Shown here one piece after another: positions 61,204 to 62,999 of a stretch of DNA of 62,999 nucleotides. Source of the stretch: Candidatus Woesebacteria bacterium RIFCSPHIGHO2_02_FULL_42_20. GTDB taxonomy: Bacteria > Patescibacteriota > Microgenomatia > UBA8517. The position numbers were made by a program, and so were the translations under genes. The stretch is taken from assembly GCA_001792535.1 (NCBI GenBank), contig MGGS01000014.1, positions 1 to 62,999 of the forward strand. Direction: 5' to 3'. Numbering within the stretch: the stretch's first letter is position 1; every line of letters begins with the position of its first letter. Below the pieces are notes generated by a model that did not search any database, had not been told where the DNA came from, and saw only the letters and a program-made list of their open reading frames with translations.

Positions 61204-62839
61204 AATACTCTGCTTTACCGCGCACAATAACAACAGCTTCTTCGCCAGAAGGGTAGCTAAAAGAAATTAGTTTAGCAAGTTTATCGCCAAACTCCGACGG
61301 CTTGCCTACCAAATAGTGTGCCTCGTTTATGTCCAAATCCAATTCTATGTTTTTAAAAGTAAAATTGGCCAACTGATAAATGGGGATCTGGTCGACCCAA
61401 TTGACTCCGTTAGCTTTGTAATCCCATCGCTTGCTTGCATTCTGGAAAAGCTCCGGGTCAATTTTTTTTGCAAAAGCGATATATATTTGAGGTTCGGACA
61501 ACCCTCGACTAACAATCACCTTTTCATTTTTTCCTATATTTTCGCTTAGCCACTCGGCAACTTCCAAGTTACCATAAAGCATTCCCTGAGCAATAACCCT
61601 AGGAGCTACAAGAAAGTAGCCCTCAAGAAAAAAGTATAAAAACACAAAACTGGCGACAAATACGACCTTGTAGACCAGTTTACTAACACGTTCCCGATTA
61701 GCAAAAAACAAAATTCCCAAAGCGGAAAAAATATGAATGACAGGCAGCATTCCGGCGGCCCGATTGGCAGCATACCCTGACCCGCTGGTTAGTGCGGCAG
61801 GCATGGGAGAAACCAAAAGCCACACCAGCAAAACCTTAACGGCTTTAACTGAAAATAATTTACGAAAATGCACTAAAAATGCCAAAAGAAGCGGCAACTC
61901 AAGCCAAAAAAGAGCCCCCCGCCCGGGAAACATTCCATAAGTCGTTTCCGCAGCCCCGCTTGAAAAAAGAAATTGCGGCGAAAAGTAGCTAAAATAATTA
62001 CCAGCAGCCATCCTCACCCCAACAAAATATTTATTGTGGACAAAGCGGGCAACCCAAGCGGGGGCACCGTTGGACAGGAGAGCGGCACGCGCTTGTGTAG
62101 CCGGTCCTAATGCAGTATTAAAAATATTGACCTCCGACACACGCGATCCCCCCCCTTGAAACATAGTCACAAAACCAAGAAGCAAAAAAATAGCAAGAAC
62201 CGAAGAAAAGATCACCAAATGGCCTTTGGAAACCTTTTTCACTTCGGTTCTGAAAAACCAAAGGCAGGCAAAAACAACAAAAGGAGTAAGCAGTTTTGCA
62301 GAATGATATGTAAACAAATTAAGCCCGAAAACTACGGCGCTTAGTACAAAATAGCTATTCTTTTTAAGGCCCTTCAAAAAGAAATACAAACCAAGCGGCA
62401 TAAAAAAACTCGTAAGGTTGGCTTCAAAGGCACCCCGCGAAAGCATTGTATGCCAAGGGGAAACAACAAGAAGAAAACCGGCCAAAAGTCCGACCCTTGC
62501 CTTTTTAAACATTTCTTTGACTAACAAATACGTTGCAAGGACAGCAAAAGTTCCCAAAAGCGCATTTGGCAACCTGACAGCAAACTTAGTAAGCCCAAAA
62601 ACTGCAACTGTGGGCACCGCAAGATAAGAATAAAGTGGAGCCTTAAAGTCACCAAACGACTTTAAAACCAACGGCATGGGATTACCCCACTGATCCCTAC
62701 CAGTTTTTAATATTGAATATGCATCATATCCGAAAGATGCTTCATCGGGGGTAAAACCGGGAGGAAAATTATCCAGCCACAAAACCCTCAGCAGGAAGGC
62801 CAGTACCAATAGCAGCCCCAGTGTCCAGCTAATTTTCAC
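61190..62839 (-). CDS. GT39-type ArnT/PMT-like GT-C glycosyltransferase (paralog 4 of 4, GC-richer)
   Basis: 549 aa with a GTG start. It has FTPDEASFGYDAYSILKTGRDQWGN..LKSFGDFKAPL. It is the first gene of this minus-strand operon. Confidence 0.75.
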   Translation of the reverse strand: MKISWTLGLLLVLAFLLRVLWLDNFPPGFTPDEASFGYDAYSILKTGRDQWGNPMPLVLKSFGDFKAPLYSYLAVPTVAVFGLTKFAVRLPNALLGTFAVLATYLLVKEMFKKARVGLLAGFLLVVSPWHTMLSRGAFEANLTSFFMPLGLYFFLKGLKKNSYFVLSAVVFGLNLFTYHSAKLLTPFVVFACLWFFRTEVKKVSKGHLVIFSSVLAIFLLLGFVTMFQGGGSRVSEVNIFNTALGPATQARAALLSNGAPAWVARFVHNKYFVGVRMAAGNYFSYFSPQFLFSSGAAETTYGMFPGRGALFWLELPLLLAFLVHFRKLFSVKAVKVLLVWLLVSPMPAALTSGSGYAANRAAGMLPVIHIFSALGILFFANRERVSKLVYKVVFVASFVFLYFFLEGYFLVAPRVIAQGMLYGNLEVAEWLSENIGKNEKVIVSRGLSEPQIYIAFAKKIDPELFQNASKRWDYKANGVNWVDQIPIYQLANFTFKNIELDLDINEAHYLVGKPSEFGDKLAKLISFSYPSGEEAVVIVRGKAEYYAAN

Positions 62840-62869
62840 TAACTAAATTATATCTGATATGATAATTTA
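62840..62869. promoter_or_regulatory. 30-bp divergent spacer with face-to-face -10-like boxes
   Basis: The minus-strand TATAAT (complement of 62847-62852) lies 7 nt before the GTG at 62839. On the plus strand, TATGAT/GATAAT (62858-62866) lies 3-6 nt before the ATG at 62870. Confidence 0.35.
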
Positions 62870-62999
62870 ATGCCCGATTTGGTCCTACTAACTATCTTTG
62901 TGGGTTTGTTTACACTCCTGAGTCCTTTTTACATGATACTTCGCAATAAAATGGTCCTGCAAGCAAAAAAAAGAAAACACCCTCTGAGTTATTACTCTA
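62870..62999 (+). CDS. 5' fragment of an unknown ORF (hydrophobic N-terminus)
   Basis: My translation from the ATG at 62870 reads MPDLVLLTIFVGLFTLLSPFYMILRNKMVLQAKKRKHPLSYYS.. and stays open to the window edge. Only 43 codons are visible. Confidence 0.3.
   Translation, partial: MPDLVLLTIFVGLFTLLSPFYMILRNKMVLQAKKRKHPLSYYS

Noticed and set aside
1-62999. I searched for CRISPR arrays, tRNA/rRNA genes, riboswitch-sized leaders, transposases, integrases and prophage genes.
   Set aside because: There is no repeat-spacer periodicity. No non-coding gap exceeds 206 bp. I saw no cloverleaf-like or rRNA-like sequence, and no ORF has DDE/tyrosine/serine recombinase or phage structural motifs.

Overview
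This is a 63-kb, AT-rich, very gene-dense bacterial window. I can support 57 protein-coding genes, 49 of them on the minus strand. I found no rRNA, tRNA, CRISPR array, transposase or integrase. There is almost no non-coding DNA; the largest gaps are 206 bp (46681-46886) and 109 bp (52191-52299). Most of the window is a cell-envelope glycan/glycoconjugate factory. It holds 10 GT2-type, 4 GT4-type and 1 GT28-type glycosyltransferases. It also holds 9-11 polytopic GT-C-like membrane enzymes: three giant YfhO/AftD-like proteins, five ArnT/PMT-like proteins (four in tandem) and one PIG-V-like protein. The rest of the theme comprises 8 SAM methyltransferases, 2 Wzx-like flippases, 3 SDRs and one CDP-paratose-2-epimerase-like enzyme. 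Genes are chained by 17 four-nt ATGA/GTGA stop/start overlaps. The gene style (low GC, minimal spacers, many GT39/DUF3367-like proteins) is what I associate with Patescibacteria/CPR (Microgenomates-like) genomes, but that is inference only. The best candidates for new biology are: (i) a single ORF fusing a VKOR quinone/disulfide domain to a class-2-like dihydroorotate dehydrogenase that carries a class-1-type Cys base (47795-49339); (ii) a WbdD-like methyltransferase-kinase fusion inside a tandemly duplicated MT-GT2 cassette (9227-16062), which suggests a capped, heavily methylated glycan; (iii) a Dpm1/GtrB-type GT2 fused to a large polytopic domain (16059-18539); (iv) three giant GT-C-like proteins that share motifs; (v) a DMT/GT2/4xGT39 Arn-like module with non-triplet tandem repeats inside its genes; (vi) an AbiEii-like toxin with a non-canonical 99-aa partner. 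All family names come from reading motifs by eye and from memory; no HMM or BLAST was run. ORF-track starts that are TTG/GTG extensions were trimmed where an ATG with a stop/start overlap or a Shine-Dalgarno sequence was evident.
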